From the IMG/VR virus record IMGVR_UViG_3300049218_000083, positions 69,861 to 133,860 of that record: a stretch of DNA of 64,000 nt; one strand, 5' to 3'. A program made the translations under genes and the position numbers. The notes below the pieces were generated by a model. That model worked only from the letters and a program-made list of their open reading frames with translations. It had not been told where the DNA came from and did no database searches. Positions 9,809 to 19,542 of this stretch are shown in pieces. Source of the DNA: a virus. Each line of letters begins with the position of its first letter. The first letter of the stretch is position 1.

Positions 9809-10958
9809 ATTTGTCAATTAACTCCCGAGTTATTACAGCCATTTCCTGGAATGTCAACTGCACATCGATGCGCAATGGAGATCCGTCGTTGAATGTTGTC
9901 CAAGAACCAGCGCCAGCATAGTTCACGTTGATGTTCGTCAAAGCGCAAGTGGAAATACGAGCGATGCTCTGGTTCTCAGCCTGCATGAAGTAGAATGAGA
10001 TGTCGAACTGCGCTGGTGGAATGAAGTAACGACCACCTGCTTCACTGCTGACTTCTGGAGCCGCAAATGACTTGAAAGTCTTGATGATGTTAGCGATTGC
10101 AACAGACTCTTGCTGGGATCGAGGAATGAAATGGAAGTCAAACTGGAACTGACGATTCTCGGTTTGCTTGAACAACATTTCAACGTGAGGGTTGACAGCT
10201 GCACCGATTGACTTCAATGTCAAATCAGTGAAACCTGGACCAACACCACCGGAAGCTGACAACAGATCCGCGCCAAGTTCACCAGACTGCGCTGCGTTGA
10301 AGCTCTTGTTTGGGTTATGCGTGAAAAGGTTGTTGCTCAGAGTAGATGCCAAATCCTTTGCGATCTTTTTGTCATCATCGAAGCTGCCGCCGATTTGCGC
10401 ATACTTACCGATGTTTCCGCCGGCATCCGTTGCGCTTACTCCACCCCATGTATGCGTGTACTGTGTAGCAATCGTATCAGGCATGTAGATGGCGATGGAC
10501 TGTTTGATTCGTACAAGCTTCGGCTTGAGATTCAAGGTAGTCAACAGCGTGCCACCGAGCGCACCGCCAGCTGCTGCAACGGCTGCTGCCTTGCCTCCTG
10601 ACTGGATTGCTGTTACACCGCTAGTCAAGAGAATAGCACCACCGAGATTTTGTCCAGTCGTAACTGGTGCGTAGACTCCACCCTGAGACTGAAGCGTGTT
10701 GTAATTCTGAACAGACGCGATGTTAGCATTTGCCACAGCCTGGTTGCTGTTCTTGAGATACTTGGATGACTCAGGAAGGTTAATGTTGAAGACTACATAA
10801 TGAGGAACATCGTTTGTTCCAATGCCTTCAAGCGGATAACGAAGCTGCTGTAGAGAGTATGGATCCTTTGACAATGCGGCTGTTGGTCCCACACCTGTTT
10901 GCTGAGAACCATCGGTTGGTGGTGAGACTGCTGTTACTGAATAGGGATTCTGTGGCAT
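9798..10958 (-). CDS. gp48: Baseplate tail-tube cap gp48
   Basis: LRYPL..HYVVF; AVNPHVEMLFKQTENRQFQFDFHFIPRSQQES; CALTNINVNY. Confidence 0.88.
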   Translation of the reverse strand: MPQNPYSVTAVSPPTDGSQQTGVGPTAALSKDPYSLQQLRYPLEGIGTNDVPHYVVFNINLPESSKYLKNSNQAVANANIASVQNYNTLQSQGGVYAPVTTGQNLGGAILLTSGVTAIQSGGKAAAVAAAGGALGGTLLTTLNLKPKLVRIKQSIAIYMPDTIATQYTHTWGGVSATDAGGNIGKYAQIGGSFDDDKKIAKDLASTLSNNLFTHNPNKSFNAAQSGELGADLLSASGGVGPGFTDLTLKSIGAAVNPHVEMLFKQTENRQFQFDFHFIPRSQQESVAIANIIKTFKSFAAPEVSSEAGGRYFIPPAQFDISFYFMQAENQSIARISTCALTNINVNYAGAGSWTTFNDGSPLRIDVQLTFQEMAVITRELIDKYGY

Positions 10959-10997
10959 GGATACATACAGGATAGTGTAATAGGGAATATTTAGTCC

Positions 10998-11846
10998 ATG
11001 TCTGAAGCCTTACATTCATTGTTCGTATCACCCAAGAATCCTTGTAATTTTGACCATGTATTGAAACGTGGGCAATATCAGAACATAAAGAAATTAGATG
11101 TCGACACTCTCGAATTGGCTGGATTGATTTCAACAGAATTGAAAACAACCACTTCGTTGGCCTTAACAGTTATTCGTAACAACCGATGCCAACGATGTTT
11201 GACTTGTAACAAATTGTTCGTTGATATAACAAAGTCGACATGTAGCAATCGATGCAGCGTAATCAAACAACGAAAAGAATTGAAAGCTGATCCAATAAGG
11301 CTAAAGATCTTTAGCAACAATCTTCATGAAATCGTGACAAATCATTGGGCATCGTTAGATGATGAACAATTCAAGAAAAGAGCAAAGATGGGTGGATATG
11401 TGAAAACATTAAAAGGATTCTACGAACCAAAAAATCCAAGCAAGTATCGCGGTGATGTTAAATCTATCGTGTATAGAAGCAGTTGGGAGCGTCGCTTCAT
11501 GGTTGTTTGTGATGAAACACCTGAAATCGTTGGCTGGTCATCTGAAGAACTCATCATTCCATATCGCGATCCATCAAAAGATAACACGATTCATCGCTAC
11601 TTCCCCGACTTCGTCATTCATGTAAAGCAACCAAACGGCATCGAGAAACGAGTCGTCGAGATCAAGCCATACAAAGAAACCCAGATGCCTGTAAAGAAGA
11701 AGCGAGTCACCAAGGCATACATGGAGTCAGTCTACACCTATGTAAGGAACCAAGCCAAGTGGGAGGCTGCGCGAGCTTACTGCGCGTCTCAGGGAATGAA
11801 GTTCGTGGTGCTAACCGAAAATGAGTTGTTTCCAAAACCGCGATAA
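10998..11846 (+). CDS. gp4: Head completion nuclease gp4 with ~130-aa Cys-rich N-terminal extension
   Basis: PKNPSKYRGD..VYRSSWERRFM..HRYFPDF..VEIKP..NQAKWEAA. Confidence 0.85.
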   Translation: MSEALHSLFVSPKNPCNFDHVLKRGQYQNIKKLDVDTLELAGLISTELKTTTSLALTVIRNNRCQRCLTCNKLFVDITKSTCSNRCSVIKQRKELKADPIRLKIFSNNLHEIVTNHWASLDDEQFKKRAKMGGYVKTLKGFYEPKNPSKYRGDVKSIVYRSSWERRFMVVCDETPEIVGWSSEELIIPYRDPSKDNTIHRYFPDFVIHVKQPNGIEKRVVEIKPYKETQMPVKKKRVTKAYMESVYTYVRNQAKWEAARAYCASQGMKFVVLTENELFPKPR

Positions 11847-11853
11847 ATAGTGG

Positions 11854-12375
11854 ATGGCAACCTCTAAGAAGAAACCCTCCGTCAATAATGCTCGCGAATC
11901 AGTTCGTTGGTACACGCGCATTATCAAGAACCTGAATATGAAAGAGATCCGCAAGGAAGGCATTGGTGATGTCGTCAGCGGTCCTCATATGGGTAAGATG
12001 TGCTGTTTCTATTACGACCCGAAACTGAAGCGTGAACTTCCTTACTACGATCGTTTCCCATTGGTCATCCCTCTTGATCCAAAGCCTGATGGTTTCCTTG
12101 GATTGAACCTGCATTATCTTCCACCGGCTGCACGTCAAGTATTGTTTGAACAGCTGTTCGCAGTTCGTGCTCGTAGGGACTTGACCCAAGAGAACCAAAT
12201 TCTTATGACGTATGCTGTGCTTAAGCATACCACCAAATTCCCAGGCTGGAAGGATTGCATCAAGCGATACCTTGCCAACCACTATCGTTCCAAGATTATC
12301 GAGATCGACCCAATGTCATGGAAACTTTGCGTCGCTCTACCAACAAGTCAATTCCAGAAAGGTTCACCATACTAA
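11854..12375 (+). CDS. gp2: DNA end protector gp2
   Basis: YDPKLKRELPYYDRFPLV..FLGLNLHYLPP. Confidence 0.9.
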   Translation: MATSKKKPSVNNARESVRWYTRIIKNLNMKEIRKEGIGDVVSGPHMGKMCCFYYDPKLKRELPYYDRFPLVIPLDPKPDGFLGLNLHYLPPAARQVLFEQLFAVRARRDLTQENQILMTYAVLKHTTKFPGWKDCIKRYLANHYRSKIIEIDPMSWKLCVALPTSQFQKGSPY

Positions 12376-12377
12376 TC

Positions 12378-13238
12378 ATGGCATTCCTGTTCAAAGCCTT
12401 CGGCGCAAATATCGACCTTGAAAACAACGGGAATGCTTCTATTAAGATTCCTGGGTTGCCAGGCATCACCTTGTTGAGTGGCAATGGTCCAAGTGTAAAC
12501 AAGTCATTCAGTATCAACAACTTCACGCAAAATCTTAACAGACACAACGAAACAGCACGTACAGACAAGTTTGACGTGTCCATGATTCCTCCAGCGTCTG
12601 TTGCCTCTTACATCGGTATGTCACCAGCTGATATGATGAAAGGATTGTCACTTCAGTGCGAAGTGTCTGAATTGCCTTCTCGTGATATTCAGATGACCGA
12701 GTACATGACCCACGCATTCATCCGTCGTGTTCCTCATCAGAACCAATATGGCACAGCGAACTTCACGTTCATCTGCACTGGTGACTTGTGGGAAAAGAGA
12801 ATGTTCGATGCTTGGTTGGATTTGATGGTTCCGGTTCAGACTGGTCTTGTCAACTATCCGGTCGACGCTAACGGACAGCGCATGTACGAAACCGACATCA
12901 TCTGTAACCAGTATGATTCCATGGGCACGTTGATTTACGCAGCAACATTGATAGACGCTGTACCAACCAACATGGGCCCATTGAACCAGTCCTGGGACAA
13001 TGATTCCATCCACCGTCTAAGCATGACTTTCATGTTCCGTAAGTGGACAACGATCGACACGTCATTCGCTACATCTACAACGTTTGCTGGTTCAAACCCA
13101 GGCATCCTACCTTCAGCTGTCAGCGGTATCGTAAGCACGGTTGCTCAGGCTGCTACACAGGTGCAGGATGCTCGTGCTATCATTTCTGGCGGAGTGCCAA
13201 TTAACAGTGCGTTGAATGCTATCAAGAACAACATATAA
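12378..13238 (+). CDS. gp54: Baseplate tail-tube initiator gp54-like
   Basis: LQCEVSELPSR; EKRMFDAWLD; FMFRKW; start re-assigned to MAFLFK. Confidence 0.75.
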   Translation: MAFLFKAFGANIDLENNGNASIKIPGLPGITLLSGNGPSVNKSFSINNFTQNLNRHNETARTDKFDVSMIPPASVASYIGMSPADMMKGLSLQCEVSELPSRDIQMTEYMTHAFIRRVPHQNQYGTANFTFICTGDLWEKRMFDAWLDLMVPVQTGLVNYPVDANGQRMYETDIICNQYDSMGTLIYAATLIDAVPTNMGPLNQSWDNDSIHRLSMTFMFRKWTTIDTSFATSTTFAGSNPGILPSAVSGIVSTVAQAATQVQDARAIISGGVPINSALNAIKNNI

Positions 13239-13253
13239 GCAAGGTGAATAATT

Positions 13254-14009
13254 ATGAAACTGCCTCAAATCTCACTTCCCACTTACGAAGTGAAGCTCCT
13301 ATCTAAGAAGGATCCAGTAAAGATCCGTCCGTTCACGGTTCGTGAAGAGAAGCTCATGCTCATGGCTGTCGAAGCCAAGGATCTAGAGTCAACGGTTAAT
13401 GCTCTCAAGCAAATCATCAGCAACTGCGTGATCGGTGAGTTTGACGTTGAAGAAATGCCAATGATCGACATGGAAATCATGTTCCTCAACCTTCGAGCTC
13501 GTTCTGTTGGTGAAATCGGCACCCAATTCTACAAGTGCAAAAACGAAGTAACAATCAATCCTCCACCAAACCCAGACAAGACAACCACGAAAGAGTGCGG
13601 CATGTTGTTGGAAATTCCAATCAACTTCCTTGAAGTGCCTATCGTAAACAAGGACACAGAGACGAACATCAAGTTCACGGATGAGATCGGCGTCAAACTC
13701 AAGTTCCCATCCTTCTCTCTGATCCGCAAGCTTACCAAGGCCAACCCAGAAAAGGATGACATGGAATTGATCATTGCGACTAACTGCCTCGATATGATCT
13801 ATGACAAGGATACAGTCTACCATGCAAAGGATTGTACGCAAGTCGAACTGGAAGAATTCATCCTTGGTCTTCGAACAGAAGACTATGACAAGATCAAGGA
13901 ATTCTGCAACAAGGTCCCAAAGACCCAACTGATCTCCAAGAAGCAGTGTAAGAAGTGTGGATATGAACACACCTTCACGCTGGAGGGTATCGAAGATTTT
14001 TTCGTGTAG
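13254..14009 (+). CDS. gp26: Baseplate hub assembly chaperone gp26
   Basis: KIRPFTVREEKLMLMA; LNLRARSVGE; C-term CKKCGYEHTFTLEGIEDFF. Confidence 0.9.
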   Translation: MKLPQISLPTYEVKLLSKKDPVKIRPFTVREEKLMLMAVEAKDLESTVNALKQIISNCVIGEFDVEEMPMIDMEIMFLNLRARSVGEIGTQFYKCKNEVTINPPPNPDKTTTKECGMLLEIPINFLEVPIVNKDTETNIKFTDEIGVKLKFPSFSLIRKLTKANPEKDDMELIIATNCLDMIYDKDTVYHAKDCTQVELEEFILGLRTEDYDKIKEFCNKVPKTQLISKKQCKKCGYEHTFTLEGIEDFFV

Positions 14010-14221
14010 GATTTTGTCATGATTCGCTAGAGGCTCAGTTTCGACTGAACCATAGCTTGCTGTATCATCAGAAAATTGATTTCCGAATGTTTGATGATAT
14101 GATTCCTTGGGAGCGTGATGTTCATATCGCTATGATCATCAAGAACGTCGAAGAGGACAATGAGAAAGAGAAGCTGAAGCAACAAGAACGAAGAGCGCGT
14201 AGGGCAGCTGGTAGACGATAA
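13997..14221 (+). CDS. gp51: gp51 baseplate hub assembly catalyst frame; no suitable own start, probably reached by -1 frameshift from gp26
   Basis: Manual translation: CHDSLEAQFRLNHSLLYHQK..MIPWERDVHIAM; in -1 frame from T TTT TTC at 13997-14003; stop overlaps next ATG. Confidence 0.75.
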   Translation, partial: FFRVGFCHDSLEAQFRLNHSLLYHQKIDFRMFDDMIPWERDVHIAMIIKNVEEDNEKEKLKQQERRARRAAGRR

Positions 14222-16071
14222 TGGCAATTAAAAAACCAACAGTAATGACACAACAATCTGGACCTTCTAATCCAGACGCGAAGTTGACAACACCATCTGG
14301 TATGTCAATCAACGAAATCGCATTGCTGTTGAAAAGTCAGGACCCAACCATCAAGTTTTCTGACGCCAAGAAGAAAGCGCAAGAACTCAAGGATGCTGAA
14401 AGCACTGCCAAGTATGGACGAGGTTGTGAGCTCGGTAACAAAATCATCGGCGGTGTAATCGGTAAGAAGCTGGCAGCCAAAGTCACCAAAGCATTCACAC
14501 CGAAAGACAAGATCAAAGAAGCCAAGTCAACGTTGAAGGATTTCAGCGAAAAGCAAATGGCTGAGCAGATGAAACCACAGCTTGAGATGCAGAAAATCAA
14601 AGTGGATCTTCAAACCATCCTTGGTAAGCTTGACACTCTCAGCAGCGAAATCAAAGAACTCAAGACCAGTTCCGAGAAGGTTGCTGCCGCACCTGTAACA
14701 GCACCAACAGCCAGCCCAGCATACGCAGCCAAGGTTGTGCCAATGAAGGCTGAAAAGAGCGATGACGAACTTGACCTTGAGAAGATCATCAAGAAACAGT
14801 TCCCTGACTTCAAGAAGGCTGATATTGACAAGTTGGTTGCGTCAACCAAGCATCTCGAGACGTTGGAAGCCAAGGCATTGGCTGTTCTTCAGGCTCGTGG
14901 TCGTGCTGAAAAGATTCCTAAACCTCAAGTCGCGCCGCAGGTAGCCAAAGTCCAGGCTGATATGAAGCAGGAGAATGAGGATCGTCGAACTGCTGAAATG
15001 AAAAAGCAGAACGAACAGAACAAAACGACTGAGAAGCCAACGGTTGAACAGGTCAAGCCTGCACCAGCTACTCCGCCACCTCCTCCAAAGGTTGAAGAAG
15101 TTAAGCCACCAACACCGGCTGTTGCTGCTAAGTCAGCTGACACGGATGAAGATCAGAAAGAAGCTCGTGAGATCCTCAACGCTCAGAAAGAAGAGAAGGC
15201 TCGCAAGGAGCAAGAGAAGCGTGAAGAGGCTATCGAAAAGACTCTGGAAGATATCAAGAAAAAGCTGGCCGACAACGGTATCGCTGACTTGATTGCTATG
15301 GCTTTGGGTGCTTTGGGATCCAAGCTGTTCAAGCTGATTGGCAAAGGCATGTGGACATTGGTCAAACTGGCTGGTAAGGCTGCTTGGGAGTCAGTCAAGC
15401 TTGCTTGGAAGGGTGCTAAAGCATTGTTCAGCAGCCTCAAGAATCTCTTGAAGGGTGGAGAGAAAGCCGGAGCCAAGGCTGGTGAAAAGGCTGCTGAGAA
15501 AGCTGCCGTCAAGGGTGGTGAGAAGGCTCTCGAGAAAGCTGGTGAGAAAGTTGGTGCTGAAGAAGCAGCTAAACTCGGCGGCAAAACCTTGGCGAAGTCA
15601 TTCCTGAAGAAGATTCCTTTGATTGGTGCGGTTGCTGGTTTGGCATTCGCTGCTTCCGATTTGCTTGAAGGCGACACGGTTGGTGCCGGTTTGGATGCCG
15701 CATCCGGACTTGTGTCTATCATCCCTGGCGTCGGTACAGCTGCATCCATTGCGTTGGACGCAACCAAGGCTGCACGTGACTTTGGTGTAATCGGTGACAA
15801 GGCTGGAACCATGTCGGCGAAGTCTGACAAGGCTGACGCTCTCGCGAAGGCTAATGAAGACAAGGATGAGATTCCAGACATGGACGATGATAGTGATGGT
15901 CCAAGTCAGCCTGTAGTTGTACACCAAGACAACCGCAAAACGATTGTAGCAGGCGGTGGTGATTCAGGCTCTACCATAATCAAGGTGCGCAACGATGAGC
16001 CTTCAGTCGCTGGCTTGACCGCATCCCTGTTTGACCATCCTGTGTCATACGGTGCCGTCTATCGTATGTAA
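14221..16071 (+). CDS. Tape-measure/baseplate hub gp29-like protein
   Basis: Ala/Lys/Glu-rich helical protein; KKIPLIGAVAGLAFA..GDTVGAGLDAASG; AGEKAAEK repeats; follows gp26/51. Confidence 0.6.
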   Translation: MAIKKPTVMTQQSGPSNPDAKLTTPSGMSINEIALLLKSQDPTIKFSDAKKKAQELKDAESTAKYGRGCELGNKIIGGVIGKKLAAKVTKAFTPKDKIKEAKSTLKDFSEKQMAEQMKPQLEMQKIKVDLQTILGKLDTLSSEIKELKTSSEKVAAAPVTAPTASPAYAAKVVPMKAEKSDDELDLEKIIKKQFPDFKKADIDKLVASTKHLETLEAKALAVLQARGRAEKIPKPQVAPQVAKVQADMKQENEDRRTAEMKKQNEQNKTTEKPTVEQVKPAPATPPPPPKVEEVKPPTPAVAAKSADTDEDQKEAREILNAQKEEKARKEQEKREEAIEKTLEDIKKKLADNGIADLIAMALGALGSKLFKLIGKGMWTLVKLAGKAAWESVKLAWKGAKALFSSLKNLLKGGEKAGAKAGEKAAEKAAVKGGEKALEKAGEKVGAEEAAKLGGKTLAKSFLKKIPLIGAVAGLAFAASDLLEGDTVGAGLDAASGLVSIIPGVGTAASIALDATKAARDFGVIGDKAGTMSAKSDKADALAKANEDKDEIPDMDDDSDGPSQPVVVHQDNRKTIVAGGGDSGSTIIKVRNDEPSVAGLTASLFDHPVSYGAVYRM

Positions 16072-16075
16072 ATGA

Positions 16076-16096
16076 AGACCCTCACAAGGAGGGTCT
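16076..16096. terminator. Hairpin between convergent transcription units
   Basis: AGACCCTC-acaag-GAGGGTCT perfect 8-bp stem. Confidence 0.55.
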
Positions 16097-16190
16097 CACT
16101 TGCCAGCGTTAGGTGGATTTTACTTTCCGCGCAGTTCGCAACCACCGTGTCGCATCCAATTGCAAGGCCAGCTGGCGCTCCCGGATACGA

Positions 16191-17141
16191 TTACTCGTCG
16201 TCGTCGGCAAGACCATTGAACATGTTCAACATCTTGTCGTCATCGTCCTCATCACCACCGGCAGCGACTGGAGTCTCTTCCCAAGGAGGAGTCTGCTCAG
16301 CCTCGACTGGCTTTGCCTTCACCGGACCAGAGTTGACTGGCTTGCTGCCGTCCAACCCGATGACCTTGTGGAACTTCGCTTCCAACTCTTCATAGCTCTT
16401 GAACTGGTCAGGAGCCTTCAGAGCCTTCAACGAATAGGCTGAACGCCAGATCTTTTCGATCTTCTCATCGCTGTCCGCAATCGGCGTTCCCTTCGCTGGG
16501 TTTTCAGCCGTCGCCAAACCTTCGAAAGAAGAGGTATCGTAGTTGCGATATCCCTCGACCTTACGAATACGAAGACGGAAGTTGTGTCCCTTCCAGAAAT
16601 CGAACACTGGAACCTTCACCAGCGTGATATCTTCCAAAGCTGCTGCCTTGATTTCTTCTTCGGTTGGCTTGATGCAAACACGAATCTTGTCGAAAATCTT
16701 CTTGCCATAACTGTACAGGAAGATCTTGCCTTCGTTGTCTGGATTGCCTGGGTCCTTAATAACCAGAATGTTTGACGTGTAACTCAAACGACGCTTCTGC
16801 TTACGAACAATCTTCTTGTTCTCTTCGACGCCAGTCTTCCAAAGCTTGCTGTTGTACTCAGCGACTGGGTCCTTCAAACCCAAAGTCGTCAAGCTGTTTT
16901 CGATGTACCAGCCGCCAGGACCTTCAAATCCATGGCTGAAAAGCTGTACCCATGGTAGACCATCTTCACCGTCTACTTCTGGGGTGTCCAAGAAACGAAT
17001 GACTGCAGAACCGTTGCCAGCCTTATCGACAGTTGGCTTCCAGTATCGGTCATCGCCCTTGTTTTGTTTGTTGGTTTGCTCGAGAGCTTTGGTTAGCTTG
17101 TCGAGGGAAGAGTTCTTCTTCAATGCTGCGAAACTTGACAT
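16191..17141 (-). CDS. gp32: Single-stranded DNA-binding protein gp32
   Basis: DDRYWKPTVDKAGNGSAVIRFL; WYIENSLTT; GKKIFDK; acidic tail. Confidence 0.95.
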   Translation of the reverse strand: MSSFAALKKNSSLDKLTKALEQTNKQNKGDDRYWKPTVDKAGNGSAVIRFLDTPEVDGEDGLPWVQLFSHGFEGPGGWYIENSLTTLGLKDPVAEYNSKLWKTGVEENKKIVRKQKRRLSYTSNILVIKDPGNPDNEGKIFLYSYGKKIFDKIRVCIKPTEEEIKAAALEDITLVKVPVFDFWKGHNFRLRIRKVEGYRNYDTSSFEGLATAENPAKGTPIADSDEKIEKIWRSAYSLKALKAPDQFKSYEELEAKFHKVIGLDGSKPVNSGPVKAKPVEAEQTPPWEETPVAAGGDEDDDDKMLNMFNGLADDDE

Positions 17142-17211
17142 GTATTTCTCCGTGTAAGTGTATGATTTTGTTAGTGTATTGCAGTTTTGTCCACTTAGCG
17201 CATAATGTATT

Positions 17212-17517
17212 CTATTTAGAAAATTCCCTGCGAGAATCCGACCAAACCGGCAACAATTTTACCGTGTAATTGAGTTCTTTCGCTACCACTGTTCGGCGCT
17301 GTGAACGACGAAAAATAGCACGAGAACGCTCAAGATTTCGCTCTCTCCAACGACGCTGACGTTCTGCCAGCACCAATCGGTACTCAGGATTCTCCCGCAG
17401 CTTCTTCGTGAGCCATTCTTTTCTCTTGATGGCTGCTGGAGATGGCGGACGAACCTCACCTATGCGAGGTCGTCCACGTTGATACCCTGTGTTCCAGATC
17501 TGGAGTTTCTTACTCAT
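17212..17517 (-). CDS. Small basic hypothetical protein
   Basis: Arg-rich ORF; start overlaps upstream ATPase stop. Confidence 0.5.
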   Translation of the reverse strand: MSKKLQIWNTGYQRGRPRIGEVRPPSPAAIKRKEWLTKKLRENPEYRLVLAERQRRWRERNLERSRAIFRRSQRRTVVAKELNYTVKLLPVWSDSRREFSK

Positions 17518-18502
17518 CGCTCTCACTTCCTGTGAATCCAAACGTTCCACCACTCTGGTCCGAAGAGACCTTTGAGGTGTTCATCTTCTGCATGCGCTTC
17601 AGCGTGCTCTCGAGGCTGTTTCCCAAGCACTCGACAGAGATAATGATCTCACGGATATGTGCGATAGACATACCACGCGAACCTTCGACCCAAGCCTGCA
17701 GTTCTTCACCGATCACCAGCTGCGGGTCGACCAAGCCAACCTTCTCAGCCAAGCCACGAGGCTGAGACGCCAAACGAGGCACCTTCGCAGCGATGTACTG
17801 GGCGCGAGCCGCATCGGTTGGCATACCGATCTTGATGATTTCGTCAAACCGCGAAGGGCGATTCACGAGACGCTTATCCAGACGCTCCGGATAGTTGGTA
17901 GTGGCAACGAAAACCACGTTGTCGATCTGCAACTCGCCGTCAAGCAACGCGAGCATCTGGGATTCACCCTTACGCTCAACGATGGCATCGATATCTTCGA
18001 TCATGACAACGACCGGACGCTTCGGCTCGATCAAACGCAGCACGCGCAAGCCTTCCGCTGTGAACGCTGGGTCGGTCAAGTAGACCGAGATGCCACCTTG
18101 GTCAACGATCTGTTGACTGAGCTGTTGGCACAGGACCGTCTTACCAGAACCTGGAGGACCCCACAGCATGATACCACGCTTCCACAGAAAGCCATGCTCG
18201 CGGAACTTGGGCTCGCAGGTCCAGAAGTGTCCGATGGACGCCAGAACCTTCTCAGCCTTGGAATCGGGAAGAACCATCAGCTTGTCCAGGTTGATTTCTT
18301 TCTTCGTGAAGAAAATACCCTTGATGTCACTGTAGTTCACAATGTACTGCCCAGGAGGCAGTGACTTCTCGGTGGTCGAACATGGAATGTAGGAATCGCC
18401 ACCACTCACAGCCCACATTTGAGAGCCGTCGTACAACGAATTGAATTTCTTCTCTTCTTCGTCGTCAACAGCTTCGGGTCGTGCTTTCAAGGAATTAGGC
18501 AT
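17510..18502 (-). CDS. AAA+ ATPase (single module)
   Basis: Walker A GPPGSGKT, Walker B VMIEDID, TTNYPERLD, RPSRFD. Confidence 0.88.
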   Translation of the reverse strand: MPNSLKARPEAVDDEEEKKFNSLYDGSQMWAVSGGDSYIPCSTTEKSLPPGQYIVNYSDIKGIFFTKKEINLDKLMVLPDSKAEKVLASIGHFWTCEPKFREHGFLWKRGIMLWGPPGSGKTVLCQQLSQQIVDQGGISVYLTDPAFTAEGLRVLRLIEPKRPVVVMIEDIDAIVERKGESQMLALLDGELQIDNVVFVATTNYPERLDKRLVNRPSRFDEIIKIGMPTDAARAQYIAAKVPRLASQPRGLAEKVGLVDPQLVIGEELQAWVEGSRGMSIAHIREIIISVECLGNSLESTLKRMQKMNTSKVSSDQSGGTFGFTGSESDE

Positions 18503-19080
18503 TGTAAGTTCTCCGGTATGAATTGCTTGAAGGAATCATCTACTGGTTCATGTTGAAAATAAAATGGAAGGAACTTGATCAGCTTCTTGTATTTCTGATC
18601 CCAGAGAAAGTTCCCGGTCAAATTCGTATTTATTACATCAATGATATTTGTAAATCGGTCGAGGATAAACAGTGATGCGTAATGTAAATCGCCTTGGTTC
18701 AGTTTCTCGAAGATCTTTGGTTCTTCAAATGTCCGGATCTTCACCATGTCGAGCCTGAAATTCAATTCGCGCTGCTTGCCGTAGTTGCGCCACTCGTATG
18801 GCCACTGGCCAGCTTCTGTTTCATACGTCTTGGAGTTGACCCACTTCTCTTGTCTGTAAAACAACCAAGATGTGAGATATGCGAACTCATTAGGATTCCA
18901 CGAAGCATATTCACGGGCAAGCTTGTGATAGGAATACTTATCACGTCGCCTATCAAACGCTTCCTCAGTGTAGCTAGTTCCTCCGGAGTACTTTTGGAAG
19001 TCATACGAAGTCGTGTAGTGAAGGAAGACGGCATGATAAATTTGGAAGATTGCAAACGGTTTCATTTCTGTGGTGATCAT
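18487..19080 (-). CDS. gp59: Helicase loader gp59-like
   Basis: LHYTTSYDFQKYSG..FDRRRDKYSYHKLA; adjacent to gp33/gp32. Confidence 0.8.
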   Translation of the reverse strand: MITTEMKPFAIFQIYHAVFLHYTTSYDFQKYSGGTSYTEEAFDRRRDKYSYHKLAREYASWNPNEFAYLTSWLFYRQEKWVNSKTYETEAGQWPYEWRNYGKQRELNFRLDMVKIRTFEEPKIFEKLNQGDLHYASLFILDRFTNIIDVINTNLTGNFLWDQKYKKLIKFLPFYFQHEPVDDSFKQFIPENLQCLIP

Positions 19081-19298
19081 ACTGGCAGAGTGGACTCTTT
19101 GGTTAGATAGCGAAGTTCGCGTGCTTCAAATTCAATCTTCGCTTTCAATGTTGGGGCAATCAATGTTCCAGCAATTTCAACTTCGAGTCCAGTCCTGGAA
19201 CAATGCTCTGTGATTGCTTCGATATGACTGATGCCCATGGCGATAGCCATTTCTTCTATGAGCAATGAAAAACTGTTTTTTTCTTCCTTAGTTGGCAT
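19077..19298 (-). CDS. gp33: Late transcription coactivator gp33
   Basis: FSLLIEE..IEAITEHC..LKAKIEFEARELRYL. Confidence 0.85.
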   Translation of the reverse strand: MPTKEEKNSFSLLIEEMAIAMGISHIEAITEHCSRTGLEVEIAGTLIAPTLKAKIEFEARELRYLTKESTLPV

Positions 19299-19542
19299 GG
19301 CGTATACTCTTACAATTATTAAAGTGGTATCGGGTCATATTACTCGACACACCAAACGCACTGCAGTGCGGACAGGTCGTAATCTTTCTTACTACTGGCA
19401 TTCCTGTTCTTGTACATGACATCTTTCGTTTTGTTTCTTCAGACATTGGACCACGAGGACGCTCTAAGCATGGTTCAGTGAATACAAGGTGACGTTGCCT
19501 TTCATCTTTGCTCAGCTTCATGTATTCTTCAATTTGAATCAT
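19288..19542 (-). pseudogene. Collapsed homing endonuclease remnant
   Basis: HEG-like N-term (IEEYMKLSKDERQRHL..PCLER), NUMOD3-like MSEETKRKMS, C-term CPHC..RYHFNNCK; no catalytic core. Confidence 0.55.

Noticed and set aside
15470-15570. AGEKAAEK repeats as a DGR or variable repeat
   Set aside because: Ordinary low-complexity helix repeats in a tape-measure-like protein; no reverse transcriptase present
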